Source: Candidatus Bathyarchaeia archaeon (GTDB lineage: Archaea > Thermoproteota > Bathyarchaeia > Bathyarchaeales > Bathycorpusculaceae). Taken from it: a stretch of 60,060 bases of DNA. The stretch is from assembly GCA_050012335.1 (NCBI GenBank), contig JBEKHJ010000001.1, positions 1 through 60,060 of the forward strand. The letters run 5' to 3'. The position numbers were made by a program, and so were the translations under genes. The notes below the pieces were generated by a model. It was not told the origin of the DNA. It made no database searches and was given only the letters and a program-made list of their open reading frames with translations. Shown one piece after another: positions 39,109-48,561 of this stretch (position 1 is its first letter; every line of letters begins with the position of its first letter).

Positions 39109-40386
39109 TCATGCCAGTTGACGAAGGGCATCTGAAAAACATTCAACGGTTTTCTCCAAATCCTCAGGTGAATGCGCCTTTGACAGGAAACAGGTTTCAA
39201 ACTGCGACGGAGGTATAAACACGCCCTTTCTCAAGAGCTCAGCATGAAACGCCATGAACTTGTGATTATCCGACGCCTTGGTACTAGCATAGTCAAACAC
39301 AGGTTTATCGGTGAAGAACAACTGAAACATAGACGCAACATGGTTAATCTGTAGGTTCAAACCAAGTGCGGAAACCGTCTCACCTAACGGCTTCACAATC
39401 GCCTCGCACTTCCGCTCCATCTCAACATAGAATGCCTTACCGCTCTCTTTCAACAATCCAAGTGTCGCCAAACCAGCAGCAACACTCAACGGATTCCCAC
39501 TATAAGTCCCGGCCTGATATACCTTGCCAGATGGCGAAATTAGCTTCATAATATCCTCTTTACCTACGTACGCAGCCATCGGCAAACCGCCACCCAAAAT
39601 CTTCCCCAGGGCGGTCATGTCAGGCGTCACACCAAAATACTCCTGTGCTCCTCCAAGAGCAAGCCTAAAACCAGTAATAACCTCGTCAAAAATCAACACA
39701 ACACCGTAAACTTCAGTTAGCTCCCTCAGCGCCTGCAAGAAACCCGGCTTCGGCAAAACCACGCCGATGTTCCCGATCACGGGTTCAACAATCACAGCGG
39801 CCAAGTCATCCTTGTTCTCTTTCACTGCTTTTTCGAATTTTTCCAAATCATTGAACGGAACCACAACAGTGTTCCGCGTCGTCCCCTCCGGAATCCCAAG
39901 AGAATCAGGCACACCAAAAGTGGACGCGCCAGACCCTGCCTTCACCAAAACACCATCATGAGCACCATGATAGCAACCCTCAAACTTGATGAACTTATTC
40001 TTCCCAGTATAACCCCTCGCCGCCCTGATCGAAGCCATCGTTGCTTCTCCACCAGTGCTGACCAAACGAACCATTTCGGCTGAAGGAACAATCTCAGACA
40101 CCAACTCAGCAAAATCAACTTCCTGTTCTATCGGCGTACCATATAACGCGCCAAACTCAAGCTGCGCCTTGACAGCCTCAACTACCCTCGGATGAGAATG
40201 ACCCAAAATAAGCGGTCCAAAACCCAAGCAGTAATCAATGTATTCATTTCCGTCGACATCAGTAATACGCGAACCCTTACCTTGTTTGGTGAAGAAAGGA
40301 TTAGGCTCAAATGCTCTCACCGGACTGTTCACTCCACCAGGAATAAGCTTTTTAGCTTTCTCAAACAAATCGGCAGATCGTGTCAA
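39109..40386 (-). CDS. hemL: Glutamate-1-semialdehyde 2,1-aminomutase
   Basis: IPGGVNSPVRAF, FEGCYHG, FDEVITGFR, PLP lysine GKILGGGLP, YQAGTYSGNP, PSQFE. Confidence 0.97.
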   Translation of the reverse strand: MTRSADLFEKAKKLIPGGVNSPVRAFEPNPFFTKQGKGSRITDVDGNEYIDYCLGFGPLILGHSHPRVVEAVKAQLEFGALYGTPIEQEVDFAELVSEIVPSAEMVRLVSTGGEATMASIRAARGYTGKNKFIKFEGCYHGAHDGVLVKAGSGASTFGVPDSLGIPEGTTRNTVVVPFNDLEKFEKAVKENKDDLAAVIVEPVIGNIGVVLPKPGFLQALRELTEVYGVVLIFDEVITGFRLALGGAQEYFGVTPDMTALGKILGGGLPMAAYVGKEDIMKLISPSGKVYQAGTYSGNPLSVAAGLATLGLLKESGKAFYVEMERKCEAIVKPLGETVSALGLNLQINHVASMFQLFFTDKPVFDYASTKASDNHKFMAFHAELLRKGVFIPPSQFETCFLSKAHSPEDLEKTVECFSDALRQLA

Positions 40387-40502
40387 TTCCTAACAGCCTC
40401 GATTGGATTAACGAAACCAAAAAAGCGAGGGCTGTCAACCATATCGGACAGATACCCTTGAATCTCGGTTTCCAATGACAATTGCATACAACTCCCTTGG
40501 TT

Positions 40503-41225
40503 CTATTGTTTAGTTCCAAGTTTTAAATAGAAGAGAGGTCTGACTATTCTCCACCAATCTCTGAAAGGAGAAATTTGCGAATACCCGCCTTTGTGTCTGT
40601 GCGAGTATGTTTTGGAAACTGGGGCCTCTATTGTTTTGTAGCCCAAGGTGAGTGCTTTGTAGTGAATATAATACTCCAACTCATAATCGTCGAGCCATCT
40701 TTGCCATATATTTATTCGAGGGTCTTCAAAAATACTCAGTCTATACGCCCTGAATCCGTTGGTGACGTCTGTGCACCTAACTTTCGTCAATAGAGTCCAG
40801 AGAAACGGATAAAATCGACTGAATATTCCCCGAAGAAGCGGATTCTTTACACATCTGCCTCCTGCAAGAAAACGCGATCCCTGAACATAGTCATAGTCTT
40901 CTTTTATTATAGGTTCCAGAAGACGCGGTATTTCACGCGGATCGTCTTTGTTGTTTCCAGCCAATACAACCACAATGCTGAAATCTTTGTCCAGTGCATA
41001 TTGTATGCCCTGTCTTATAGCATATCCAATGCCCTTTCTCTCTTCATTTCTAATCAAGTGAACTTCAATTGGAACTGCCGCACTTAGTATTTTTCCCATG
41101 TCTTTTTTGCTTGCAGCATCCCAGATAACACAAATTTCGTCCACAACTTTTTCTCTAAACTTACTAAGAACCTCAAATATACTATCATTATCACGATAGA
41201 CAGGAATTATGGCAAGGGTTTTCAA
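40503..41225 (-). CDS. GT2, polyprenol-phosphate glycosyltransferase-like
   Basis: GIGYAIRQG, YVQGSRF, TDVTNGFRAY. Confidence 0.88.
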   Translation of the reverse strand: MKTLAIIPVYRDNDSIFEVLSKFREKVVDEICVIWDAASKKDMGKILSAAVPIEVHLIRNEERKGIGYAIRQGIQYALDKDFSIVVVLAGNNKDDPREIPRLLEPIIKEDYDYVQGSRFLAGGRCVKNPLLRGIFSRFYPFLWTLLTKVRCTDVTNGFRAYRLSIFEDPRINIWQRWLDDYELEYYIHYKALTLGYKTIEAPVSKTYSHRHKGGYSQISPFRDWWRIVRPLFYLKLGTKQ

Positions 41226-41234
41226 TTTGTAATT

Positions 41235-41699
41235 TCACTCTTTCTTGTTCCTGTAACCTGTTATCCGTGCCGGATTTCCAACCACGATAGCCCTTTCAGG
41301 CACATCTCTTGTCACCACCGAACCCGCGCCTACCAGCGCCTCCTTCCCAACGGTCACACCAGGCAAAACAACGCAACCAGCACCTAGAGAGGCACCAGAT
41401 TTAACCTTGATCTCAAGAAGAACCCAATCGCCTTTAGCTTTTGGATACTTGTCATTAGTAAAAGTAACATTGGGACCCACGAAAACATTGTCTTCAATAG
41501 TCACACCTGAGGGAATAAAAACAAAAGGTCTAATTTTACAATTGTCTCCAACAACAACGCCTTCCTCTATGTAGACAAAGGCGTCGATTTTGCAGTTCTT
41601 GCCAATTTTGCATTTATACAAGTTTACATGGTCGTGAACTACAGTGCCTTCGCCGATTTCGGCGTTAGTAATGAGCGAGTATTGGGGGCTTTGGTTCAT
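41235..41699 (-). CDS. Hexapeptide sugar N-acetyltransferase (WbpD/FdtC-like)
   Basis: GPNVTFTNDKYP, GAGSVVTRDVP..GNPAR. Confidence 0.92.
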   Translation of the reverse strand: MNQSPQYSLITNAEIGEGTVVHDHVNLYKCKIGKNCKIDAFVYIEEGVVVGDNCKIRPFVFIPSGVTIEDNVFVGPNVTFTNDKYPKAKGDWVLLEIKVKSGASLGAGCVVLPGVTVGKEALVGAGSVVTRDVPERAIVVGNPARITGYRNKKE

Positions 41700-42691
41700 T
41701 AGTCTTTAATACCAACCGTGATTCCATTCTCTTGTTCGAGAGATTGCTTGAGACATTGAAGAACTTTGACGGTCCCGGCCCCGATTGGTCCTGGATTCTT
41801 GTGATTATTTTCATCTCTTATGCTTTTGACGAAATGGTTTACTTCATCAAAAATCGTATTATTCACAGGAACTTTGAGGTCAAAACTGTATTCGTTATTA
41901 TCCTCAAATATCTTTATTGTTTGATCTAGACAATCTACTTTTGCGCTTCTCTTGGAACCTATAATATTTAACTCTCTTGCTTTCACTGGATGCAGCCAAC
42001 TTAGATCAACGTTAACCATTAGATTCTCCCCAAAATCCATGTATAAATACGCAACCTCTTCCAAAGAAGGTCTTCTGTAGGAATGCGCAATGCAAGAAAC
42101 TTTGACTGGCCATTTCTGAAGCAAGAATTGGGCAATGTCAACTGGGTGGGGTCCTAAGTCGAATATAATATCGCGGCCAAGAGGGGAAGGGATCCATGTA
42201 GTCCATTGCATCTTGAGATAGTATAAATCTCCAAAATATTTCTGCGCTATTAGTTCTTTCATTTTTCTTATAGCATTGTTAAACCGATAAATATGCCCGA
42301 CTTGCAAACACAAATGCCTTGATTGAGCTTCAGCCACCATTTCCCAAGCATCTTCAGATGTCAGAGCCATTGGCTTCTCAATAAGAACATTTTTTTCAGA
42401 TTCTAGAGATTGCAAACAAAAATGGTGATGCGTCTCATTCGGCGTGCAAATGTGAACTGCATCAACATCTGGCGATTTCAAAACCGCCTCATAATCCGAA
42501 CTCAACATACTCTCTGTCACATGCAAAGACTTCCGGCAGTAATCCAAATTGTCGTCTTTCAAATCGCAAACATACAATAAATTAAAGCTCGGATCTACCT
42601 TGGCAAGGTGAAGATACTCCGTAACAACCTTTCTGCCCCAGTAACCTGCCCCAATAACGGCTAAATTCAATCCTTTCACCTCTCTCGACAA
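41699..42691 (-). CDS. Gfo/Idh/MocA oxidoreductase (WbpB-like)
   Basis: GAGYWG, CTPNETH, IEKPM, DLGPHPVD. Confidence 0.92.
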   Translation of the reverse strand: MSREVKGLNLAVIGAGYWGRKVVTEYLHLAKVDPSFNLLYVCDLKDDNLDYCRKSLHVTESMLSSDYEAVLKSPDVDAVHICTPNETHHHFCLQSLESEKNVLIEKPMALTSEDAWEMVAEAQSRHLCLQVGHIYRFNNAIRKMKELIAQKYFGDLYYLKMQWTTWIPSPLGRDIIFDLGPHPVDIAQFLLQKWPVKVSCIAHSYRRPSLEEVAYLYMDFGENLMVNVDLSWLHPVKARELNIIGSKRSAKVDCLDQTIKIFEDNNEYSFDLKVPVNNTIFDEVNHFVKSIRDENNHKNPGPIGAGTVKVLQCLKQSLEQENGITVGIKD

Positions 42692-43806
42692 TTTGAACGT
42701 ACAAAATCTTTGCCATCGAAAAAATTATGGATGTTTTGACTTATATAAATTATTTCGCTTTCCGTAATATTGGGAAAAATCGGAATAGTAAGACAAGTTT
42801 TGCAAAGCTCTTCAGCATTCGGATAATCTCCTTCAGCATACCCGAACATTTGCCGATAGATTGGTTGAAGATGAATCGGCAAAACATAATGGATTCCACA
42901 ACAAATGCCCTGAGATTCCAGCCAACTCTTAAGTTCATCACGATATTTCGAGCGAACAACGTAAAGATGATAAACAGGCTTAATTTCGACTGACCCCTTT
43001 GGGGGCAAAACCAAATCGCCCACACCCTCAAGAGACTTATCGTATTCTTTGGCAGCCTGTTGTCTGCTGCTATTCCAAGCGTCAAGACGCCTAAGCTGAA
43101 CTCTACCGATTGCAGCATTAACAGAATTCAAGCGAGAGGTAAAACCAACCACATCGTGAACATATTGACTCTTGCGCCCGCAATCTCTAAGCTTCGCAGC
43201 CGCTGCCGCAATTTTCTCATCGTTAGTCGTTATCATCCCGCCGTCCCCCCCCACGGTCATGTTCTTGGACGGGTAAAAGCTGAAACAACCAACCGAGCAT
43301 AGACTTCCAGCTTTTTTCCCGTGGTATGAAGCACCATGAGCTTGACAAGCATCTTCGATGACGACTAAATCATGTTTCTTTGCAAGATCATTAATCGAAT
43401 TCATATCCGAGGGATAACCGTACAGATGCACAGGGATAACGGCCTTTGTCTTAGCGGTGATTGCTTTTTCCAGTTTCAGAGGATCAATGTTATTGGTTTC
43501 TGGGCTTATGTCTGAAAAAAAAGGTACCCCTTGAGCATGAATAATCGCGTTAGCACTTGCAATAAATGAAGCAGGCGAAGTCACCACCGTTTGCCCCGGA
43601 TTAATTCCAGAAGCCAGCATAGCAATTTTCAACGCATCAGTGCCAGAACTAGTTGATACTGCGAAGTCTGTTCCGCAGTACTTCGCAAATTCCTCCTCAA
43701 ACTTATGAACGCTTTCGCCCAAAACAAAGCGCTCGTTTCGAAGAGCGCCTAATGCAGCCTGCTCCATTTCTTCATCGAATACAGGTTTACCTAAAGGTAT
43801 TTTCAT
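42676..43806 (-). CDS. DegT/DnrJ/EryC1/StrS sugar aminotransferase (WbpE-like)
   Basis: SSGTDAL, PVHLYG, IEDACQAHG, FSFYPSKNM. Confidence 0.95.
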   Translation of the reverse strand: MKIPLGKPVFDEEMEQAALGALRNERFVLGESVHKFEEEFAKYCGTDFAVSTSSGTDALKIAMLASGINPGQTVVTSPASFIASANAIIHAQGVPFFSDISPETNNIDPLKLEKAITAKTKAVIPVHLYGYPSDMNSINDLAKKHDLVVIEDACQAHGASYHGKKAGSLCSVGCFSFYPSKNMTVGGDGGMITTNDEKIAAAAAKLRDCGRKSQYVHDVVGFTSRLNSVNAAIGRVQLRRLDAWNSSRQQAAKEYDKSLEGVGDLVLPPKGSVEIKPVYHLYVVRSKYRDELKSWLESQGICCGIHYVLPIHLQPIYRQMFGYAEGDYPNAEELCKTCLTIPIFPNITESEIIYISQNIHNFFDGKDFVRSNCRER

Positions 43807-43912
43807 TTATTTTCACCTGTGATTTTGATTCCTTAAAAAACACTCCGAAAAAAAGAATGTATTAACATTTCTTTGGTGACTGGCAAATGACTTAGTGATA
43901 CCTAACAAAGTT

Positions 43913-44521
43913 TCAGAGGGTTCTTGTAAGATTTAATTGAAGATCTACAAAACGGTCATTAAACGAAATCGCACTAGATGAGCTATTGTAAATCCATAAT
44001 TCAAACAAAAGTTGATATTTGAATGTAGTACTATTTGAATCCCACATGGCGGGCTTATCTACATTAAACGCAACACCGTTTATTTGTAAAGTGTTGATCT
44101 GCGGATTATTTCCTGAAATTGAAGCGTTAGCAACTGAAAAATTCAAGAGACTTTCCCAATTCACGCTATCTTGAATGCTAAACCTATATTCAATCAAGGG
44201 CTGAAGAATACTCGGCGTCCCAAGGGTCGCATTCGGCATTTGATCAGTCTCATTACCAAACTTCACATACAAAACATAGTAAGCTGAAGACCCCAACTGG
44301 TTTCCAACGCCAATATAAACGGAGTAGTTCTGACCAACGGCAATGTTAAACGGGTAATTCGCAGCCATATTGTCTGGACCTAAAAGATAAAGCTCAGAAA
44401 ACTGCTCTCCACCAGGAAGACCAGGAAAACGAATAACACCGCCAAGAGCAGGAGAAGCAATGAGCAAAACGCCAATTAAGCCCACAGCAACAAAAACAAG
44501 TTTGTAACCTTCAAGCTTCAT
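43913..44521 (-). CDS. DUF1616-family protein
   Basis: TM followed by EQFSELYLLGP...NYP, YQLLFELW. Confidence 0.75.
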   Translation of the reverse strand: MKLEGYKLVFVAVGLIGVLLIASPALGGVIRFPGLPGGEQFSELYLLGPDNMAANYPFNIAVGQNYSVYIGVGNQLGSSAYYVLYVKFGNETDQMPNATLGTPSILQPLIEYRFSIQDSVNWESLLNFSVANASISGNNPQINTLQINGVAFNVDKPAMWDSNSTTFKYQLLFELWIYNSSSSAISFNDRFVDLQLNLTRTL

Positions 44522-45036
44522 TGGCTGCTTACCTCTGGTTTTGCTTCTTGCAATTTGCTAATATAACTTCGCTTGAACCGGCGCCAAACCAGAAACAAAG
44601 CCAAAACGAATACGATAGCACCAATTTCTGTAAATGCTATGGTGAACCAGAAGGCGTTTGGAACGGAAACCAAAGCGGTTTGTTTGGCATCTTGAGCGGA
44701 GATCGTGACTTCTTGCGCAATTGGGAGTACGCTGTCTGCTTGGGTTGCGGCTGTGTTGGAATCGCCGGCTCGGAATGAGTTTTCTGCTTGAGCCAAGATG
44801 CCTGCAGCATCATTTAACTGAGCCAGTAAGCCAGTAACGTTTGCGCCTGCTTTTTCAGCGTCCAAAACAGCGTTAAAAGCCTGCTCGACAGCGTTGTTGG
44901 CTGCCTGCAGCTTCGACGCCGTTTGGTCAGTTTGGGCAACCGCAAAATGCATGGTGAAGAAGCTTGTGCCGAACGCTATGATTAATAGAACGCCGAGGAG
45001 CATTTTGCTGCAGGTTTTTATTCGATGTTCCCCCAT
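44518..45036 (-). CDS. Hypothetical membrane protein (signal peptide, helical body, C-terminal TM)
   Basis: AFNAVLDAEKAGANVTGL helical segment; overlaps the DUF1616 gene by 4 bp. Confidence 0.8.
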   Translation of the reverse strand: MGEHRIKTCSKMLLGVLLIIAFGTSFFTMHFAVAQTDQTASKLQAANNAVEQAFNAVLDAEKAGANVTGLLAQLNDAAGILAQAENSFRAGDSNTAATQADSVLPIAQEVTISAQDAKQTALVSVPNAFWFTIAFTEIGAIVFVLALFLVWRRFKRSYISKLQEAKPEVSSQ

Positions 45037-45130
45037 TGACTGTCTTTGTAAAACTCCAGATTCGCCCGGTTAAGATTCAAAAGTACATGCGCATCTTCTA
45101 GAACAAAACACAATCAGAAAAGTGTGCGCT

Positions 45131-45385
45131 TTATTCATAAACTTTTTTCCTGAGTTCAACGTCATGGAAAATAACCCTTTTCTCTTGCTCATCAATTTCA
45201 TAGATAATTCGATATTTTCCAACTCGCACTTTCCATAAACCCTTAAGCGGACCAACAAGCATGGTGCCGTTACCGGGCTTCATGAGCGTTTCTTTAAGCG
45301 TTTCCACAATTCTTGACTTTACTTCGCTTGGCAATCGTTTCTCTTTTTTAAGAAACGCTTTAGAGAATCTCGCAGTGTAGGGCAT
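45131..45385 (-). CDS. RelE/ParE-family toxin
   Basis: LVGPLKGLWKVRVGKYRIIYEIDE...RKKVYE. Confidence 0.9.
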   Translation of the reverse strand: MPYTARFSKAFLKKEKRLPSEVKSRIVETLKETLMKPGNGTMLVGPLKGLWKVRVGKYRIIYEIDEQEKRVIFHDVELRKKVYE

Positions 45386-45386
45386 G

Positions 45387-45608
45387 TTATTTCAAGACTT
45401 TTTCCAAGTCATTAATCGAGCACTCAACGTACTCGCCCTTAGCCACCTGCTTTTTGCTTTCCTCAATAGCCTTCAATGTTTCTTCATCTGCAAGCGTCTC
45501 TAACGTTGCAAGTATCTGCTCCATCTTAATGTAAGTGCCGACCATTTCCTTGAAAAGCTCCTCTGGAATAACGATTCCTTCCTTTGTAACTTTGACCTTT
45601 GCCTCCAA
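45387..45608 (-). CDS. Putative cognate antitoxin
   Basis: Small acidic protein immediately upstream of the toxin (ETLETLADEETLKAIEESK). TTG 45608 is preceded by AGGTG. Confidence 0.8.
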   Translation of the reverse strand: MEAKVKVTKEGIVIPEELFKEMVGTYIKMEQILATLETLADEETLKAIEESKKQVAKGEYVECSINDLEKVLK

Positions 45609-45828
45609 CTGAATGCACCTGAATAATAGACTGCTTAAGCGGCTTTTAATTCTTTTCAAATGAAATCTTCAATTTCGAACCTCCGAAATCTACCCTCAAC
45701 ATGAACATAACAAAAAACCAAAATAGTTAACAATCAAGAAAAACTTTGGTTTTCCAGAAACCTCAGACAAACCTGATCACAAAGCTGCCCAAGAACTACA
45801 TGAACATATTATCCATGGCCTGAATAGG

Positions 45829-46143
45829 TTAACTGTCTGGGCATAATTCATCTAAAACTTTTTTTGAGTTAATTATATAGTTTAACTGTTTCTCAGCGTG
45901 CTTGTTGATTTTGCAGTAATCTTTGTAAGCATTTAGGAAATCATGCCCTTTGCTAGTAAGCGTATAACATTGTCGTTCTCGTTCAAAACTTATTAGTGAT
46001 GCTTCGAGAATTTCAGATAAATATTTGATTAAGACCTTGTAGCTCAAGTTGGCTTTGAACATTATCTGCGTTTTTTTGGCATCTGAACTGACAACTTCAA
46101 GTATGTCAGCTATTATGTCATGTCTATGTCTATAATTACCCAA
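45829..46143 (-). CDS. Archaeal winged-HTH transcriptional regulator (HTH_45-like)
   Basis: RHDIIADIL...KKTQIMFKANLSY...YTLTSKG. Confidence 0.88.
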   Translation of the reverse strand: MGNYRHRHDIIADILEVVSSDAKKTQIMFKANLSYKVLIKYLSEILEASLISFERERQCYTLTSKGHDFLNAYKDYCKINKHAEKQLNYIINSKKVLDELCPDS

Positions 46144-46232
46144 GATGAATTCCTCAATAACTTCAAATAACGTGAATATTGAAATGGTTGAGAATGTTGA
46201 TGGCTAATTTTTAGTTAGCTATTGAAAAAAAA

Positions 46233-46616
46233 CTATTTGTGAAGCCAGCCTCTGCCGCCTTTTTTAGGCTGCTGTCGCTTTTCAGTTTTCCCAGCGAGGT
46301 AGATCTCATCGCGCTTCCTTTTGCGGGGCTGTTTTGTAATTTGAGTTTTGACAAATTTATTCCATCCTCCTACTGCCTGGCTTGGAGGAATGTATCTTTC
46401 AGCGTTTTCTATTTGGTGTTGTTGTAGGATGTCTTTGAAGTTTAATTCTCTGTAGTTTCTTGTTGCATGGATGATTGTTCCTCTATCAACATAAAGCATT
46501 GAATAGTCGTGGATGGCTATGCCTTCGGCTCGGACTTTGTCATCAACTCTTTCTTGCCAGAGTTTTTTCCATTCTGTTTTAAGTTCGTCAACTAATGCTT
46601 TTTGATCCATAACCAT
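46233..46616 (-). CDS. Hypothetical protein
   Basis: 127-aa ORF with GGAGGG RBS; basic C-terminus KKGGRGWLHK. Confidence 0.75.
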   Translation of the reverse strand: MVMDQKALVDELKTEWKKLWQERVDDKVRAEGIAIHDYSMLYVDRGTIIHATRNYRELNFKDILQQHQIENAERYIPPSQAVGGWNKFVKTQITKQPRKRKRDEIYLAGKTEKRQQPKKGGRGWLHK

Positions 46617-47106
46617 ATCTACTTAATTCCCTCCCTGACAGGAGCAGATAAGAACCTTAGTCGATATGCTGGTTACTCCTTTCTCCCTTTTGGATCGCTC
46701 TCTCCCCAGAGCACTTGCTTAAACACTGCTTACACAATGGATATATAAATAATATTCTCTAGAAGAAAGCTTTTTTTTTCTATTTCAACAGCCGTTTTTA
46801 TCTATACAATACGCTAGGTTGACTAGTCAACTGCGGTCGTGCGCTTGTTCCATGCGATTGCTGTTGGTGTTAAGAAACGCAAGCTGGTTGGATGATGACT
46901 TTTTAATGTTTGATGAGGAGTAAAAGAGAGTGATTTTGATGTTAATTGGATGTTATTGGGTTATAAAATCGATAAAAAAACTCTTCGAAATTGAATAGTT
47001 ACCTAAAAAGTTAAACATTTTTCCTTTCTGTTGCTTCCTTGACGTTTAGAAAATAGCGCGTGAAAAAATATGGCTCCACTTATTTGAAGGCAAAATGAAC
47101 TTGTGG

Positions 47107-48498
47107 TTAGTGTATCTTGTTCATTTCTTGTTTCTTCAGGTGGATGGCTGCAACGGTTGCGTTAACATTCTTTTCTTCAACCACAAGTATTATTTGTGAG
47201 GTGTGAGGAGCAAAGATGCCGCGTTTAATGTTGATGCCTGATATTGCGCTGATGGCTAGTGAAGCTACGCCTGGCGAATCCTTCATTCTGTCGCCGATGA
47301 GGGTGACTACGCCTAAGCCGTATTCTACCTTCATGTTTTCGTCAAAGCCCTTTAGTTTTTCCTCGTTTTTCTTTAAGAAGTCCTCGTCTAAGAAGAGGAA
47401 ATCGCGGATCCTTTCACCTGTCTCCATGGTTTCGGCGCCTAAATCCATGAAGTCGTTTCTTCTTTCCCATATTCTCAAGGAATCTTCCAGTGACCTGCTT
47501 TTCTCGTCATTCATTGATAGGATCGCGCAGCCGGATTTGCCTGTTAAGCATTTCACTATTTCTCCTCCGCTTGTTTCAGACTCAATTACCGAGTACATTT
47601 CAGGCTCGTCGATTGGCACCACCATCAAGGGTTGCATGAAGTGTCTGGCCATGGCGATTGCAGGGCTCTGTACTATTTTCATACCCATCATTGAAGCTTT
47701 ATGAGCCTCATTATAAGTAAGCGCCTTAACATGCTTAGTCTTCTGTCCACGCACCACTTTCGGGTCAGCGCTTTGTACTGGTACGTCTTTGTACAATAGT
47801 GTTTCAGTTGAGTACAGATCTTTCAAGAGGCAGGAAGTGAAAACTGCTGTTAAATCCGAACCGCCTCTGCCCAATATGGTTTCAAGACCGTCGGCTGTAA
47901 CCCCTAAGAAGCCTGCTAAAGTAACTATTTTGCCGTCTTCCAGCGGTTCGATTAATGTGTGGATTCTTTTTTTGCTTAACTCGTAATTTGGCATGGCATC
48001 CTCAAAATTGTCGTCGGTCACAATGGGCCAATCTTGCAGCGAGACACTGCAAGAGTCTAAGCCGTGGCTTTTCAAAATGTAATCTCCCAAGGTGGACATT
48101 GCGAGTTCCCCGCCTAAAGTGAGGATTCTTGCTTTAATGTTGCCGCTGAAACGTTTATTAACCGAGTCAAGAGTAGCCTCTGTTAACGCCTTGTAATTAG
48201 CCAATTCATTTACCGCTTGCTCATGCCATTTGCCTTTAACGTGAGCCTTCGCAATTCGTTCATAAACTTCAAAAACAGGCTCCAGAGGAAGCGGTGTTGA
48301 CTGCGCATAGGATTCACCTATCCCTATAAGCGCGTTAGTGCAACCCATAGGCGCTGAAAAAACAACGATTGGACCAAATCGGTCTTTTTCGTTGATTTCT
48401 TTTATCCGTTTTATGATTTTTGGGATTCCTTTGCCTTCCGCGTCTAAGAGGCTGCCGCCGAATTTTGCTACTGAAAGAGCCTTGAAAGTGCATTCCAC
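47107..48498 (-). CDS. lysC: Aspartate kinase
   Basis: VAKFGGS, VVFSAP, GFLG...LGRGGSDLTA, SADPKVV, C-terminal ACT-like domain. Confidence 0.9.
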   Translation of the reverse strand: MECTFKALSVAKFGGSLLDAEGKGIPKIIKRIKEINEKDRFGPIVVFSAPMGCTNALIGIGESYAQSTPLPLEPVFEVYERIAKAHVKGKWHEQAVNELANYKALTEATLDSVNKRFSGNIKARILTLGGELAMSTLGDYILKSHGLDSCSVSLQDWPIVTDDNFEDAMPNYELSKKRIHTLIEPLEDGKIVTLAGFLGVTADGLETILGRGGSDLTAVFTSCLLKDLYSTETLLYKDVPVQSADPKVVRGQKTKHVKALTYNEAHKASMMGMKIVQSPAIAMARHFMQPLMVVPIDEPEMYSVIESETSGGEIVKCLTGKSGCAILSMNDEKSRSLEDSLRIWERRNDFMDLGAETMETGERIRDFLFLDEDFLKKNEEKLKGFDENMKVEYGLGVVTLIGDRMKDSPGVASLAISAISGINIKRGIFAPHTSQIILVVEEKNVNATVAAIHLKKQEMNKIH

Positions 48499-48561
48499 CT
48501 AATACGAGTTAGCAATCAAATCTAGCTTTAATAATTTTCTAAATCCTGCATTGTTAGGGCA

